DNA from: a virus
DNA: 64,000 nt
Virus record (IMG/VR): IMGVR_UViG_3300030104_005963
Direction: 5' to 3' (one strand)
Shown here: positions 48,914 to 58,535 of the stretch, one piece after another
Numbering within the stretch: the stretch's first letter is position 1
Layout: the number at the start of each line of letters is the position of its first letter
The notes under the pieces: model-generated
Database searches by the model: none
Told to the model about the DNA's origin: nothing
The model's input: the letters and a program-made list of their open reading frames with translations, nothing else
Translations under genes and position numbers: made by a program

Positions 48914-50386
48914 ATGGATAAACCTGCACAACAGGCACCTGGTGCTAATGATAAAGTAAGAAAGGCTGCTAGACAGTTAGCATACGATGTTCGATATAAA
49001 GTAAAAGGTCAGTTTAAGGACGGACAAAAAACTGATCCTGCTTCACTGAAGCGTGCTTATATGCAGCAACTGGGTAAGTCTCCGGCACCTGGTCCTGTAA
49101 AGGCACTTGCTAAAAAGATGCTGATTGGCGAAGAATATGATTTTGTAAATCTTAATGATACTGCCAGTGATGCTGTTCTTAGTGTCTTTGAAAAAATCTT
49201 TGAAGGGGCAGAAGGAAGTAAGTATACTGTAAGAGTTAAGGATAAGAAAACTGGTAAGTCTTATCTTAGAAAAGCAGATCGTGCTAAGATTGCAGAACTG
49301 AGAAAGAATCCTAATATTGCTTCTGTAGAAATTGCCGGTAAGAGTGCTGCAGAACCTAGTACTTATGATAAGACTGGAAAGGGTAAGAAAGCTGCTAAAG
49401 ATTATGATGGTGATGGAAAAATTGAGTCTGGAACCGCAGAGTATATGGGTTCCAGAGATAAGGCCATTAAGAAGGCAATGGCAAAAGAAGAGTTTATTGG
49501 TGAAGTTGCCGAAGGTGAACAGAAGGAAAAGAAACTTGATATAATGAAGGGTAAGAATAAGGTTGTTGTAAATCCACCAATGAATGAGCAACAATCTGAG
49601 ATGGATAAATCCAAAACTGGACCTTCTCCAGAGGATAAGAAGCAACTTGACAATAAGAAGAAGATGCTTCAGAAAAAAATGATGATGCAGAGGCAGACAA
49701 TGCAAATGCAAAGACAGGGAAGACTTCCTTTAAATTATAGTGAAGAAAATGAAGGAAATGGTGCATGTTTAAAATGTGGAGAGATTCATGAAGGATCATG
49801 TGAACCCAAATCCAAAGAAATGAAGGATGCTCCTGATTCTAGAGGAAATTATGCCATGATGAACTTGATTAAAAATAAATTGAGAGCAAGAGGACTTAAG
49901 ATGTCTTATGATATGGAGGGAGATTTAGTTGATGAAGCAATGCGTCCTGGTGAACGTCAAAAAAAAGTAGCAGCAAAAGTGCATGATCCATCTGCATCAT
50001 CTAAAACTCGTGCAGTTGCCCATAATGTGGCAGTCCGTAATGATGGACCTGGAACTCCTGGTTATGAAAAAAAATCAACTGGCGGAAAGGGTGCTAGATT
50101 TGCAGGATATGGTGATCAAGGTGCTGGTAATAAAGCACGTCGTCGTGCAGGACAAGAACCACTGAGAGGTGATACTCGTAAGGAATCAACCGAAGATTCT
50201 TTAAGAGATCGTCGTATGGAACGTGGTGGTGTTGATGGAAACGTAAGATATGATAAATCTGCTAAGAATGTAGCAATTGGTTCTGCCAAGAAAAAATATG
50301 ATGGAATGTCTGCACTTGAAAAAGTGAAGGCAGATATTCGTGCCAAGCACGGTAAAGGTGCTATTATGGACACCAAGAAGAAGTAA
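48914..50386 (+). CDS. Modular Lys-rich hypothetical protein
   Basis: 490 aa; KDYDGDGKIESG module; CATAAATAAATA upstream. Confidence 0.75.
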   Translation: MDKPAQQAPGANDKVRKAARQLAYDVRYKVKGQFKDGQKTDPASLKRAYMQQLGKSPAPGPVKALAKKMLIGEEYDFVNLNDTASDAVLSVFEKIFEGAEGSKYTVRVKDKKTGKSYLRKADRAKIAELRKNPNIASVEIAGKSAAEPSTYDKTGKGKKAAKDYDGDGKIESGTAEYMGSRDKAIKKAMAKEEFIGEVAEGEQKEKKLDIMKGKNKVVVNPPMNEQQSEMDKSKTGPSPEDKKQLDNKKKMLQKKMMMQRQTMQMQRQGRLPLNYSEENEGNGACLKCGEIHEGSCEPKSKEMKDAPDSRGNYAMMNLIKNKLRARGLKMSYDMEGDLVDEAMRPGERQKKVAAKVHDPSASSKTRAVAHNVAVRNDGPGTPGYEKKSTGGKGARFAGYGDQGAGNKARRRAGQEPLRGDTRKESTEDSLRDRRMERGGVDGNVRYDKSAKNVAIGSAKKKYDGMSALEKVKADIRAKHGKGAIMDTKKK

Positions 50387-50715
50387 TGCCTGCCGTATCT
50401 AAGGCACAACAAAGGTTTATGGGTATGGTGTATGCCGCCAAAAAAGGTGACATGCCCAACCCGTCACCTGAAGTTGCAAAGGCAGCAGAATCTATAAAGA
50501 AAAAAGACGCTAAAGATTTTGCATCAACAAAACATAAAGGTCTTCCAGAAAAGAAAGTTGCAAAAGAAGCAAAAGATTTTTCTCAGAGAGATAAAATTTT
50601 AAAGAGAGCAAAATCTCTCCATAAACATCTATATAAAAATCTTCATAAGAAAGATACTTCTGGTGATGTAAATGAAAGTAAAAAAACGTTTAAAGAGTTT
50701 ATAGGCGATATATAG
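50386..50715 (+). CDS. DUF3008-like protein
   Basis: MPAVSKAQQRFMGM...DFASTKHKGLPEK. Confidence 0.8.
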   Translation: MPAVSKAQQRFMGMVYAAKKGDMPNPSPEVAKAAESIKKKDAKDFASTKHKGLPEKKVAKEAKDFSQRDKILKRAKSLHKHLYKNLHKKDTSGDVNESKKTFKEFIGDI

Positions 50716-50736
50716 TTTAGATATTGGTATCGAACT

Positions 50737-50940
50737 ATGTTAACATTTCTTCTCCCACTTGCGTCCAAAATTATTTCTGATGCAGTTGCCAAGATTCCGG
50801 AAAATGAAGAACTTGGTGAGAAACTTATTGAGATCTGTCTTGTTATTCTTGCTAAGGCAGTTAAGTTGACTAAAACAGATATGGATGATCAACTACTTGA
50901 AGTTGTGACAAAGGCAATCAAAACTAGAGAAGAGGAATAA
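50737..50940 (+). CDS. Small helical hypothetical protein
   Basis: 67-aa ORF, KTDMDDQLLEVV. Confidence 0.7.
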   Translation: MLTFLLPLASKIISDAVAKIPENEELGEKLIEICLVILAKAVKLTKTDMDDQLLEVVTKAIKTREEE

Positions 50941-50942
50941 AG

Positions 50943-50950
50943 TATAAATA
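50943..50950 (+). promoter_or_regulatory. Late promoter TATAAATA
   Basis: Exact consensus upstream of 50981. Confidence 0.75.
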
Positions 50951-50980
50951 TCATTATAAAGAATTATAGGGTAAGGAAAC

Positions 50981-51493
50981 ATGTCTCTTTGGGGCAATAA
51001 AGATACTGTCTATTCGACTGGAAAAGTAAACTGCACTACTGCTGGAGTACTTACGAAGCAGAGTGGTAGTATTGCTTGGACATCAGGTAATGGTGTAAAG
51101 GTTGGTCAAGTGGTAACATTAGCAACTGATGGTGCTGGTCCTGGTCAAGGTGTAATTTTGAGTATAGATTCTGCTACTCAATTAACACTTACCAATCTTG
51201 ATCTTCCTGGTGCATTTACAGACGTTGATTATGAAATTCGTGAAACACCTGTGTCTGAAGTCAAAGGTGGAAGTTTTGCTATTAATGAAATATATGGTGT
51301 AGATACTACCGAGCAAAGTGTTGCTAATGCGGCATCAGGCGAGGCACGCAAATATGCACCTGCTCATGCCGGTTGGGTTGGTATTACAACTTATACAGAT
51401 AATCACGGAAATCTGAGAGTTAAGTCAGAAACATTAGTTGCCGGAAGCACCATCACCGGTGATGCGGAAGATACTAAGTTCCCAGATAGCTGA
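50981..51493 (+). CDS. Probable virion structural protein
   Basis: MSLWG...AHAGWV...RVKSETLVA; late promoter. Confidence 0.7.
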   Translation: MSLWGNKDTVYSTGKVNCTTAGVLTKQSGSIAWTSGNGVKVGQVVTLATDGAGPGQGVILSIDSATQLTLTNLDLPGAFTDVDYEIRETPVSEVKGGSFAINEIYGVDTTEQSVANAASGEARKYAPAHAGWVGITTYTDNHGNLRVKSETLVAGSTITGDAEDTKFPDS

Positions 51494-51501
51494 TATGTGA
51501 T

Positions 51502-51873
51502 ATGAGATTTGATGAATTGAACGAGGGTAATTATTTACTCTTTGCTATAAAATTTTACGATAATCCCCAGGCAATAACTAAGGATGATTTTGAGGACGAT
51601 TTAAAACGTATCAAATACATCAAAAGGTTATTGAAAAGATATAAAAATTCTGGGGAACTTAAAACACATCTCATATTAAATCATCTGACAGTTTTATTCA
51701 ATGTCTTTAGTGATGCGGCAGTTCCTCTGTTGTTCTATAATTTAGAGCATGAATTGTGGCCATACATAAAAAGTTTTTTATTATTTTTGGATAGAATACC
51801 AGAATACCCTAAAACAAAAATATCTGATATTGAAGAAGATTATTATTGTTTAGCACAATTAAGAGCACTCTGA
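51502..51873 (+). CDS. Conserved T4-like hypothetical protein
   Basis: FEDDLKRIKYIKRLL...LILNHL. Confidence 0.8.
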   Translation: MRFDELNEGNYLLFAIKFYDNPQAITKDDFEDDLKRIKYIKRLLKRYKNSGELKTHLILNHLTVLFNVFSDAAVPLLFYNLEHELWPYIKSFLLFLDRIPEYPKTKISDIEEDYYCLAQLRAL

Positions 51874-52064
51874 TGAATATAGATAAAATCTTAAATATTA
51901 TTAGAAATCTTAATGAAGAAGGAATCCCAACAAATAATGCTAGTGGTGGAGCAATTGCAGGACTACCACCTGATGAACCTCCTGTGAAGAAAAAAAGAAA
52001 ACAAACTCCTGTAGGAAGGTATGGATCAAGAAGAATGTGGATACAGGATTTAAAAAATGGATAA
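51873..52064 (+). CDS. Small hypothetical protein
   Basis: ATG overlaps the previous stop; GLPPDEPPV motif. Confidence 0.65.
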   Translation: MNIDKILNIIRNLNEEGIPTNNASGGAIAGLPPDEPPVKKKRKQTPVGRYGSRRMWIQDLKNG

Positions 52065-52458
52065 CGATAACGTCAATATTAATAATAATGTTAATTCGGC
52101 AATATTGGAAAGACTAGAACGTGTAGTTGAGTCTTTACAAGATAACTCTGTGAAGATGGGACAACTACTTGCTGTTCATAATGAAAAATTAGAGAAACAA
52201 GATAGAATTGATGCAGTTCTATTTGAGAAAGTAGAAAGTGTTCATCGTGAAGTTAATAGAAGAGCAGATGAGATAAAGGGAGGATGTGAGAGAGATATAA
52301 GAAAAATTGATGAACGTCTTCGTGTTATGGAAAAGAAGATGTGGACTATTGCCGGTTCTCTAATTGTAATATCATTCATAGTTAGTATGCCAGGTCAAAA
52401 ACTGCTACAAAACTTCTTGACTCCACAGGCACAGCAGGTTATAATAGAGAGACAGTAG
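52057..52458 (+). CDS. Coiled-coil protein with a C-terminal TM helix
   Basis: LLAVHNEKLEKQ coiled coil; hydrophobic tail. Confidence 0.75.
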   Translation: MDNDNVNINNNVNSAILERLERVVESLQDNSVKMGQLLAVHNEKLEKQDRIDAVLFEKVESVHREVNRRADEIKGGCERDIRKIDERLRVMEKKMWTIAGSLIVISFIVSMPGQKLLQNFLTPQAQQVIIERQ

Positions 52459-52470
52459 AAGTCTTTTGTA

Positions 52471-53442
52471 ATGGATTTGGTTGACTCCAAGTATATTGGT
52501 CTGATTTCTTCTCGTCTGCAAAAATTTAAGAAAGTAAAAAACAATCTTTACAACTTTCGTTGCCCCGTCTGTGGGGATTCGCAGAAAAACAAAAATAAGA
52601 CACGGGGGTATCTCTACCAGGTCAAGAATAACACTAACTTTAAGTGCCATAACTGTGGTGCCAGCATGTCATTAAATAATTTTATTAAGACTCTTGATGG
52701 CACACTGCATAAGCAGTATACAATGGAGAAGTTTAAAGAGGGGCATACGGGTAAAAACTTTGTTGTTGAAGAACCAAAGTTGGTATTTAAAAAACCAGTA
52801 TTTAAAAAATCAATCAATCTTCCTAAGGCATCTTCAAATTCCGTTGCCAGACAATATCTTGAGAACAGAAAAATTGATCCTGATAAGTTTTACTATGCAG
52901 ACAGATTTAAATCATGGACAAATACACAGAAAAAAACATTCGATAATGTAGGCAGAGACGAACCAAGAATCATTATACCCATGTATGATGAGACAAAAAA
53001 TTTAATAGGATTTCAGGGGAGAGCACTAGATAAATCTCCTAATAAATATATCACCATTATGATTCAGGAAGAGGCAGCAAAAGCATATGGAATCGAAAAA
53101 ATTGATAAGACCTCAGTCGTCTATATCACAGAAGGTCCTTTCGACTCAACATTTATACGCAACTCGATTGCTATGTGCGGAGCTGATGCTGATGTCCACG
53201 ATTGGGGTATTAGCAATCCTGTTTGGGTTTACGACAACGAACCTCGAAACAAGGAAATTGTCCAACGAATTAATAGAACAATCGATAGTGGCGACTCCGT
53301 AATTATTTGGCCATCAAATATAGGAGAAAAAGATATTAACGACATGGTTCTTGCTGGACATGACGTTATGTCTATGTTAGAATCAAACACATATAGTGGT
53401 CTAGAAGCAAAAATCAAATTCAACAATTGGAAAAAAATATGA
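52471..53442 (+). CDS. gp61: DNA primase gp61
   Basis: CPVCGD...CHNCG zinc finger; EGPFDS and YDNE TOPRIM motifs. Confidence 0.96.
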   Translation: MDLVDSKYIGLISSRLQKFKKVKNNLYNFRCPVCGDSQKNKNKTRGYLYQVKNNTNFKCHNCGASMSLNNFIKTLDGTLHKQYTMEKFKEGHTGKNFVVEEPKLVFKKPVFKKSINLPKASSNSVARQYLENRKIDPDKFYYADRFKSWTNTQKKTFDNVGRDEPRIIIPMYDETKNLIGFQGRALDKSPNKYITIMIQEEAAKAYGIEKIDKTSVVYITEGPFDSTFIRNSIAMCGADADVHDWGISNPVWVYDNEPRNKEIVQRINRTIDSGDSVIIWPSNIGEKDINDMVLAGHDVMSMLESNTYSGLEAKIKFNNWKKI

Positions 53443-55736
53443 GTAACGGTACAAAAGTAGTCAAGAGAAACGGAACAACAGAACCTCTTGATTTGAATAA
53501 ACTCCATAAAATGGTGGATGAGGCATGTAAGGATCTTGCCGGAGTTTCTGCAAGTCAGGTTGAAATTCAATCTGGCATTCAATTTTATGATGGTGTTTCT
53601 ACCGCAGAAATTCAACAAATTTTAATTCGTTCTGCTTCCGATCTCATTGATCTTGAGCATCCTAATTATCAATTTGTAGCTGCACGTCTTCTTTTATTTT
53701 CGTTGCGTAAGCAATTGTTTGGACGTATGCACCAGGCACCGACACTCAAAAGTCATGTCGATGATTGTATCGGAAGAGGTATATATGATGCAGAGATTAT
53801 AAATCTGTATGATAAAGACGAATTCGATAAACTTCAATCTTTTATCGATCATGATCGTGACTTCTTGTTTACGTATGCCGGATTACGGCAAGTCGTAGAT
53901 AAATATCTTGTACAAGATAGGAGTACCGGAGAACTTTATGAAACTCCGCAGTTTATGTATCTGCTGATTGCTGCAACCATATTCTCCAAATATCCTAAAG
54001 AGACAAGATTGGATTATGTCAAAAGATACTACGACGCAATCTCCAAACACAAAATCAACATTCCCACACCTATCATGGCAGGAGTGCGAACTCCACTTCG
54101 ACAATATGCTAGCTGTGTTCTTGTTGATGTTGATGACTCCCTCGATAGCATCTTTAGTTCTGATATGGCTATCGGCAGGTATGTTGCACAAAGGGCGGGA
54201 ATCGGTATCAACGCAGGCAGAATCCGTGGCGTCAACAGTAAAATCAGAGGTGGAGAAGTTCAACACACAGGTGTTGTTCCTTTCCTTAAAAAGTTTGAAT
54301 CTACTGTCCGGTGTTGTACACAAAATGGAATACGAGGTGGCTCAGCAACTGTCCACTTCCCAATCTGGCACCAAGAAATCGAAGACATCATCGTCCTGAA
54401 GAATAACAAAGGAACTGAAGATAATCGTGTCAGAAAACTTGATTACTCAATTCAGATTTCAAAACTTTTCTACGAACGTTTTATCCAGAATAGAGAGATT
54501 AGCCTCTTCTCACCGCATGACGTACCAGGTCTCAATGATGCTTTTGGTACTGATTTATTTGACGATCTCTATGTACGTTATGAATCAGATGAGTTTACTC
54601 CAAGAAAAACTATTGGAGCACAAGAACTTTTTCTAAACATCTTGAAAGAAAGAGCAGAAACTGGTAGACTGTATATCATGAATATTGATCACTGCAATAG
54701 TCATTCATCTTTCCATGATAAAGTTGAGATGAGTAATTTGTGTCAGGAGATCACTCTTCCAACTAAACCACTGAACCACATTGACGATGAATCTGGAGAA
54801 ATTGCTCTCTGTATCCTTTCTGCTATTAATATTGGTAAAATTAGGGGCAATGAGGATCTTGAAAGCCTCTGTGATCTTGCTGTTAGGGGTCTTGATGAAC
54901 TTATTGATTTTCAAGGATACCCCATCAGAGCAGCAGAAATTGCCACAAAGGCAAGGAGATCCCTTGGTATCGGTTACATTGGACTAGCACATTATCTTGC
55001 CAAGAATGGATTGTCTTATGACAATCCTGAGGCATGGAAACTGGTTCATGATCTTACAGAAGCATTCCAATATTATCTTATTCGTGCTACAATAGATCTT
55101 GCCAAAGAAAAAGGTGCCTGTGAATACAGTCATAGAACAAAGTATGGAAGTGGAATTCTTCCCATTGATACATATAAGAGTGATGTAGATGAAATAGTCC
55201 CGAATGAGCTTAACTATGATTGGGAGAGTCTTCGGAACGACATCATTCAATATGGAGTACGGAACTCAACACTGTCGGCACAAATGCCTTCAGAGAGCAG
55301 TTCTGTTGTGTCAAATGCCACAAATGGAATCGAACCACCTAGAGCGTACTTGTCCACTAAAAAGAGTAAAAAGGGAACCCTTAAACAAGTTGTTCCACAA
55401 TACACAACTCTTAAAAACAATTATACGCTTCTTTGGGATATGGAGTCCAATAATGGTTATATTAATATTGTTGCTGTGATGCAAAAATTCTTTGATCAGG
55501 CAATTTCTGGCAACTGGAGTTATAATCCACAACAATATGAAAATAATGAAGTTCCTGTTTCTGTGATGGCACAGGACTTACTTAAAACCTATAAGTATGG
55601 ATGGAAGACTTCTTACTATCAAAATACATATGATAATAAAAATGATGAACTTGAAGAACAAAAATCCGAATTAGAAAGTTTAATCAATCAATTAGAAACC
55701 GCCGAGGAGGAAGACTGTGAGTCTTGTAAAATTTAA
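53439..55736 (+). CDS. nrdA: Class Ia ribonucleotide reductase alpha subunit
   Basis: ATP-cone VVKRNG, ASCVL, SNLCQEI, C-terminal CESCKI. Confidence 0.97.
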   Translation: MSNGTKVVKRNGTTEPLDLNKLHKMVDEACKDLAGVSASQVEIQSGIQFYDGVSTAEIQQILIRSASDLIDLEHPNYQFVAARLLLFSLRKQLFGRMHQAPTLKSHVDDCIGRGIYDAEIINLYDKDEFDKLQSFIDHDRDFLFTYAGLRQVVDKYLVQDRSTGELYETPQFMYLLIAATIFSKYPKETRLDYVKRYYDAISKHKINIPTPIMAGVRTPLRQYASCVLVDVDDSLDSIFSSDMAIGRYVAQRAGIGINAGRIRGVNSKIRGGEVQHTGVVPFLKKFESTVRCCTQNGIRGGSATVHFPIWHQEIEDIIVLKNNKGTEDNRVRKLDYSIQISKLFYERFIQNREISLFSPHDVPGLNDAFGTDLFDDLYVRYESDEFTPRKTIGAQELFLNILKERAETGRLYIMNIDHCNSHSSFHDKVEMSNLCQEITLPTKPLNHIDDESGEIALCILSAINIGKIRGNEDLESLCDLAVRGLDELIDFQGYPIRAAEIATKARRSLGIGYIGLAHYLAKNGLSYDNPEAWKLVHDLTEAFQYYLIRATIDLAKEKGACEYSHRTKYGSGILPIDTYKSDVDEIVPNELNYDWESLRNDIIQYGVRNSTLSAQMPSESSSVVSNATNGIEPPRAYLSTKKSKKGTLKQVVPQYTTLKNNYTLLWDMESNNGYINIVAVMQKFFDQAISGNWSYNPQQYENNEVPVSVMAQDLLKTYKYGWKTSYYQNTYDNKNDELEEQKSELESLINQLETAEEEDCESCKI

Positions 55737-56907
55737 ATCAGATTCTGTGGACAACAAAAATACAACGGTCACTCAAATGACCGTTTTTAATCCTGAACAA
55801 GTTGATAGAAAAACACAACCAATGTTCTTTGGAAAACCTCTGGGTGTTCAGAGGTATGACTCTTATAAGTATCCGGTTTTTGATAAACTGACTACTCAAC
55901 AACTTGGATACTTCTGGAGACCAGAAGAAGTCTCATTGCAAAAAGATCGTGCAGATTATCAGACATTACGTCCAGAACAAAAACATATTTTTACCAGCAA
56001 TCTTAAGTATCAGATCATGCTGGATTCTGTACAAGGGCGTGGTCCTGGGATGGCTTTTATCCCTTACTGTTCATTACCTGAACTAGAAGCATGTATGGAA
56101 GTGTGGGGATTTATGGAGATGATCCATAGTCGTTCATACACATATCTGATTAAAAATGTTTATGCAGATCCTTCAGAAGTATTTGATACTATTTTAACAG
56201 ACGATAGAATTCTTGAACGTGCCACCAGTGTAACTGAGGCATATGATGATTTTATCAATTCGGCACATCATTATGATAGCACCAGTGATTGGCAGTACGC
56301 TTTACAGGAAGTACCCTATGCAGTCGATTCAAGATATGAACTCAAACGTAAACTCTATAGAGCAGTTGCAAACGTTAATATTCTTGAAGGTATTCGCTTT
56401 TATGTCAGTTTCGCTTGTAGTTTTGCGTTTGGCGAACTCAAACTTATGGAAGGAAGTGCAAAAATCATCTCTTTGATTGCAAGAGATGAAAATCAGCACC
56501 TGGTAATTACTCAGAATATTCTAAATAAGTGGAGAAACGGTGACGATCCAGATATGCAAAAGATTGCCAAGGAAGAAGAACCTTGGTTAATTCGCGCATT
56601 TGAAAATGCAGTAAATCAAGAAAAACTTTGGGCAGAATATTTGTTTAAAGATGGTTCTATGATTGGTTTAAATGATAAACTACTGCAGCAATATGTTGAA
56701 TGGATTGCCAACCGTCGAATGAAGACAATTGGATTAAAACCGATCTATGACATTGCCGCAAAAAACAATCCACTTCCTTGGACAGAGCACTGGATATCTT
56801 CAAAAGGTCTTCAAGTTGCTCCGCAAGAAACCGAAGTCGAATCTTATATCGTCGGAGGAATCAAGCAAGATGTCAAAGGAGACACCTTCGCAGGATTTAG
56901 TTTATGA
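55717..56907 (+). CDS. nrdB: Class Ia ribonucleotide reductase beta subunit
   Basis: FWRPEEV, EMIHSRSY, LEGIRFY, RDENQH, APQETE. Confidence 0.97.
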   Translation: MSLVKFKSDSVDNKNTTVTQMTVFNPEQVDRKTQPMFFGKPLGVQRYDSYKYPVFDKLTTQQLGYFWRPEEVSLQKDRADYQTLRPEQKHIFTSNLKYQIMLDSVQGRGPGMAFIPYCSLPELEACMEVWGFMEMIHSRSYTYLIKNVYADPSEVFDTILTDDRILERATSVTEAYDDFINSAHHYDSTSDWQYALQEVPYAVDSRYELKRKLYRAVANVNILEGIRFYVSFACSFAFGELKLMEGSAKIISLIARDENQHLVITQNILNKWRNGDDPDMQKIAKEEEPWLIRAFENAVNQEKLWAEYLFKDGSMIGLNDKLLQQYVEWIANRRMKTIGLKPIYDIAAKNNPLPWTEHWISSKGLQVAPQETEVESYIVGGIKQDVKGDTFAGFSL

Positions 56908-56998
56908 TAGTATAAGAGCATATAAAGAAGCAGCACTATCTGATTCACATATGTTTGGTGAATATGATGGATATCAAGCATACAAGGGGGACGAGTAG
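56870..56998 (+). CDS. Small ORF overlapping the nrdB 3' end
   Basis: 42 aa MSKETPSQDLVYDSIRAYKEAA...; GGAGG at 56854; ends in the terminator stem. Confidence 0.45.
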   Translation: MSKETPSQDLVYDSIRAYKEAALSDSHMFGEYDGYQAYKGDE

Positions 56999-57011
56999 TC
57001 CCTCTTTTTTT
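56985..57011 (+). terminator. Intrinsic terminator after the nrdB region
   Basis: AGGGGGAC-GAGTA-GTCCCTCT plus T run. Confidence 0.8.
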
Positions 57012-57018
57012 ATAAATA
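57011..57018 (+). promoter_or_regulatory. Late promoter TATAAATA
   Basis: Exact consensus directly after the terminator. Confidence 0.75.
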
Positions 57019-57045
57019 TCCATATATGGATACAGAATAAGAAAA

Positions 57046-58428
57046 ATGTCCTTGTCTCAAAAACAATTTGCCGACTTCAGAAAAGTTTGTGAAGAATTTA
57101 ATGAAGTAGAAGAAATTATCGAAGAAGAACTCGTTCATGAAATTTGTGATGAACTGATTGAAGAACTTATTGAAGAAGGATACTCCGAAGAAGAAGCAAT
57201 TGAAGTTGTCGATGAGGCAACTGATCTTTATATTGATGAGACACTTTGTGAAGTAAGTGACTCATATTACGACAGTGCTGTTAGAGCATCGAAGAAATCT
57301 GCAAGTGGTATTGACAAGGCAGCAAGACAGAAGAGAAGAGCAGGTCAGGTTAGATATGCTAAGAGAAAGGCAGGGGATGCTCTCAAAGGTGCTGTCGGTG
57401 CTGTTAAAGGTGCTGTTGATAGTGTTAAGAAGAAAGCATCAGCTGCTAAAGCAGGTGTTCAGATTGCAGGATCAATTGCTAAAGATGAGGCAAGGAGAGC
57501 AGGACGTAAAGCAGCATTATCTGTTAGTAAAGCACCAGAAAAGGCAAAGGCAGCAGCATCTGATGCTAAGAAAAAAGCAAAGAGTGGGATCAAAGGATTT
57601 ATTAAACGTCAGGCACAGAAGGTTGTCAATCGTATGAGTGAAGAGATTGAAGCACTTAAGGCAACCGGTCTCTTTACTGCGAAGGAGATTAAAGCAATTG
57701 TAGAATCAGAGAATGTTTATGAAGCAATCACCAGTGAAAAGGGTAAAGCAAAAATGAAATCTATGATTGATGCTCGCACCACTGATTCTGGTAGAGCAAA
57801 GTCAGGTAAAGGTCAAAACGTTAAAGACATTAAGCACATTGGTCGTGCTAATGTTGATGGTTATGGTGGAACACCTCCCAATCTAAAGGTTGCTAAGAAT
57901 CCAGTAAAATCTAACTTTACTGGTCTCAATAGTGGAACCGGCAACAAAGCAAAAAGAAGAGCAGACGCCTTAACAAAGAATGAAGAACTTAAGGCAACTG
58001 GTAAGTTCTCTGATAAGGAGATTGAAGCAATCATGGAAGCAGACTCACTTGCAGCAATGCAAGCAAGAAGAGAAAAGCGTCTTGCCGCACAAAGAAAGCG
58101 TGAAGGCACTACTGCAACTGGAAGGGACTTTGGTCACGACTATTCCCTAACTCCTGCTCAACAAAAAACAAGAAGAGATGCTGAGTTTAAAGCAGGAATC
58201 GGAACTAAGAAAGAAGAAGTTGAGGTTGATGAAGCAATGAGTTCTTATGATCGCAACCGTAAGAGAGCAGCACAGAGAGCAGCAGATAGAAATGCCGCCA
58301 GAGCTGCCGGAAAGACCGGTGTAGTTCCTGGAGTCGGTTATGTGTCTCCTAGAAAAGAAAGAGAAACATACGTTGATTCTGCGGGCACTACCCGTCATAA
58401 GTCTGGTGCAAAGATGCCAAAGGACTGA
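57046..58428 (+). CDS. Modular protein with acidic N-terminus and basic modules
   Basis: 460 aa; duplicated LKATGxFxxKEIxAI motif. Confidence 0.75.
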   Translation: MSLSQKQFADFRKVCEEFNEVEEIIEEELVHEICDELIEELIEEGYSEEEAIEVVDEATDLYIDETLCEVSDSYYDSAVRASKKSASGIDKAARQKRRAGQVRYAKRKAGDALKGAVGAVKGAVDSVKKKASAAKAGVQIAGSIAKDEARRAGRKAALSVSKAPEKAKAAASDAKKKAKSGIKGFIKRQAQKVVNRMSEEIEALKATGLFTAKEIKAIVESENVYEAITSEKGKAKMKSMIDARTTDSGRAKSGKGQNVKDIKHIGRANVDGYGGTPPNLKVAKNPVKSNFTGLNSGTGNKAKRRADALTKNEELKATGKFSDKEIEAIMEADSLAAMQARREKRLAAQRKREGTTATGRDFGHDYSLTPAQQKTRRDAEFKAGIGTKKEEVEVDEAMSSYDRNRKRAAQRAADRNAARAAGKTGVVPGVGYVSPRKERETYVDSAGTTRHKSGAKMPKD

Positions 58429-58450
58429 TATAAAATTGACATAATTCTTT

Positions 58451-58487
58451 GAGAGGGCTTGACACCCTCTCTTTTTTTGTTTAGAAT
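58451..58487 (+). terminator. Intrinsic terminator whose loop is the -35 of a sigma70 promoter
   Basis: GAGAGGG-CTTGACA-CCCTCTC-T7; TTGACA(58459)-N17-TAGAAT(58482). Confidence 0.8.
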
Positions 58488-58535
58488 ATCTTTGCTAAGG
58501 TTGATGGATATATAGTAAGCGCTTAAACAACATGA

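Noticed and set aside
49043-49711. 222-aa minus-strand Leu/Phe-rich ORF
   Set aside because: Reverse complement of Lys/Glu-rich coding sequence; typical shadow ORF.
40029-56907. Introns or inteins in gp43, gp41, nrdA and nrdB
   Set aside because: ORFs are continuous, of normal length, and show no splice motifs.
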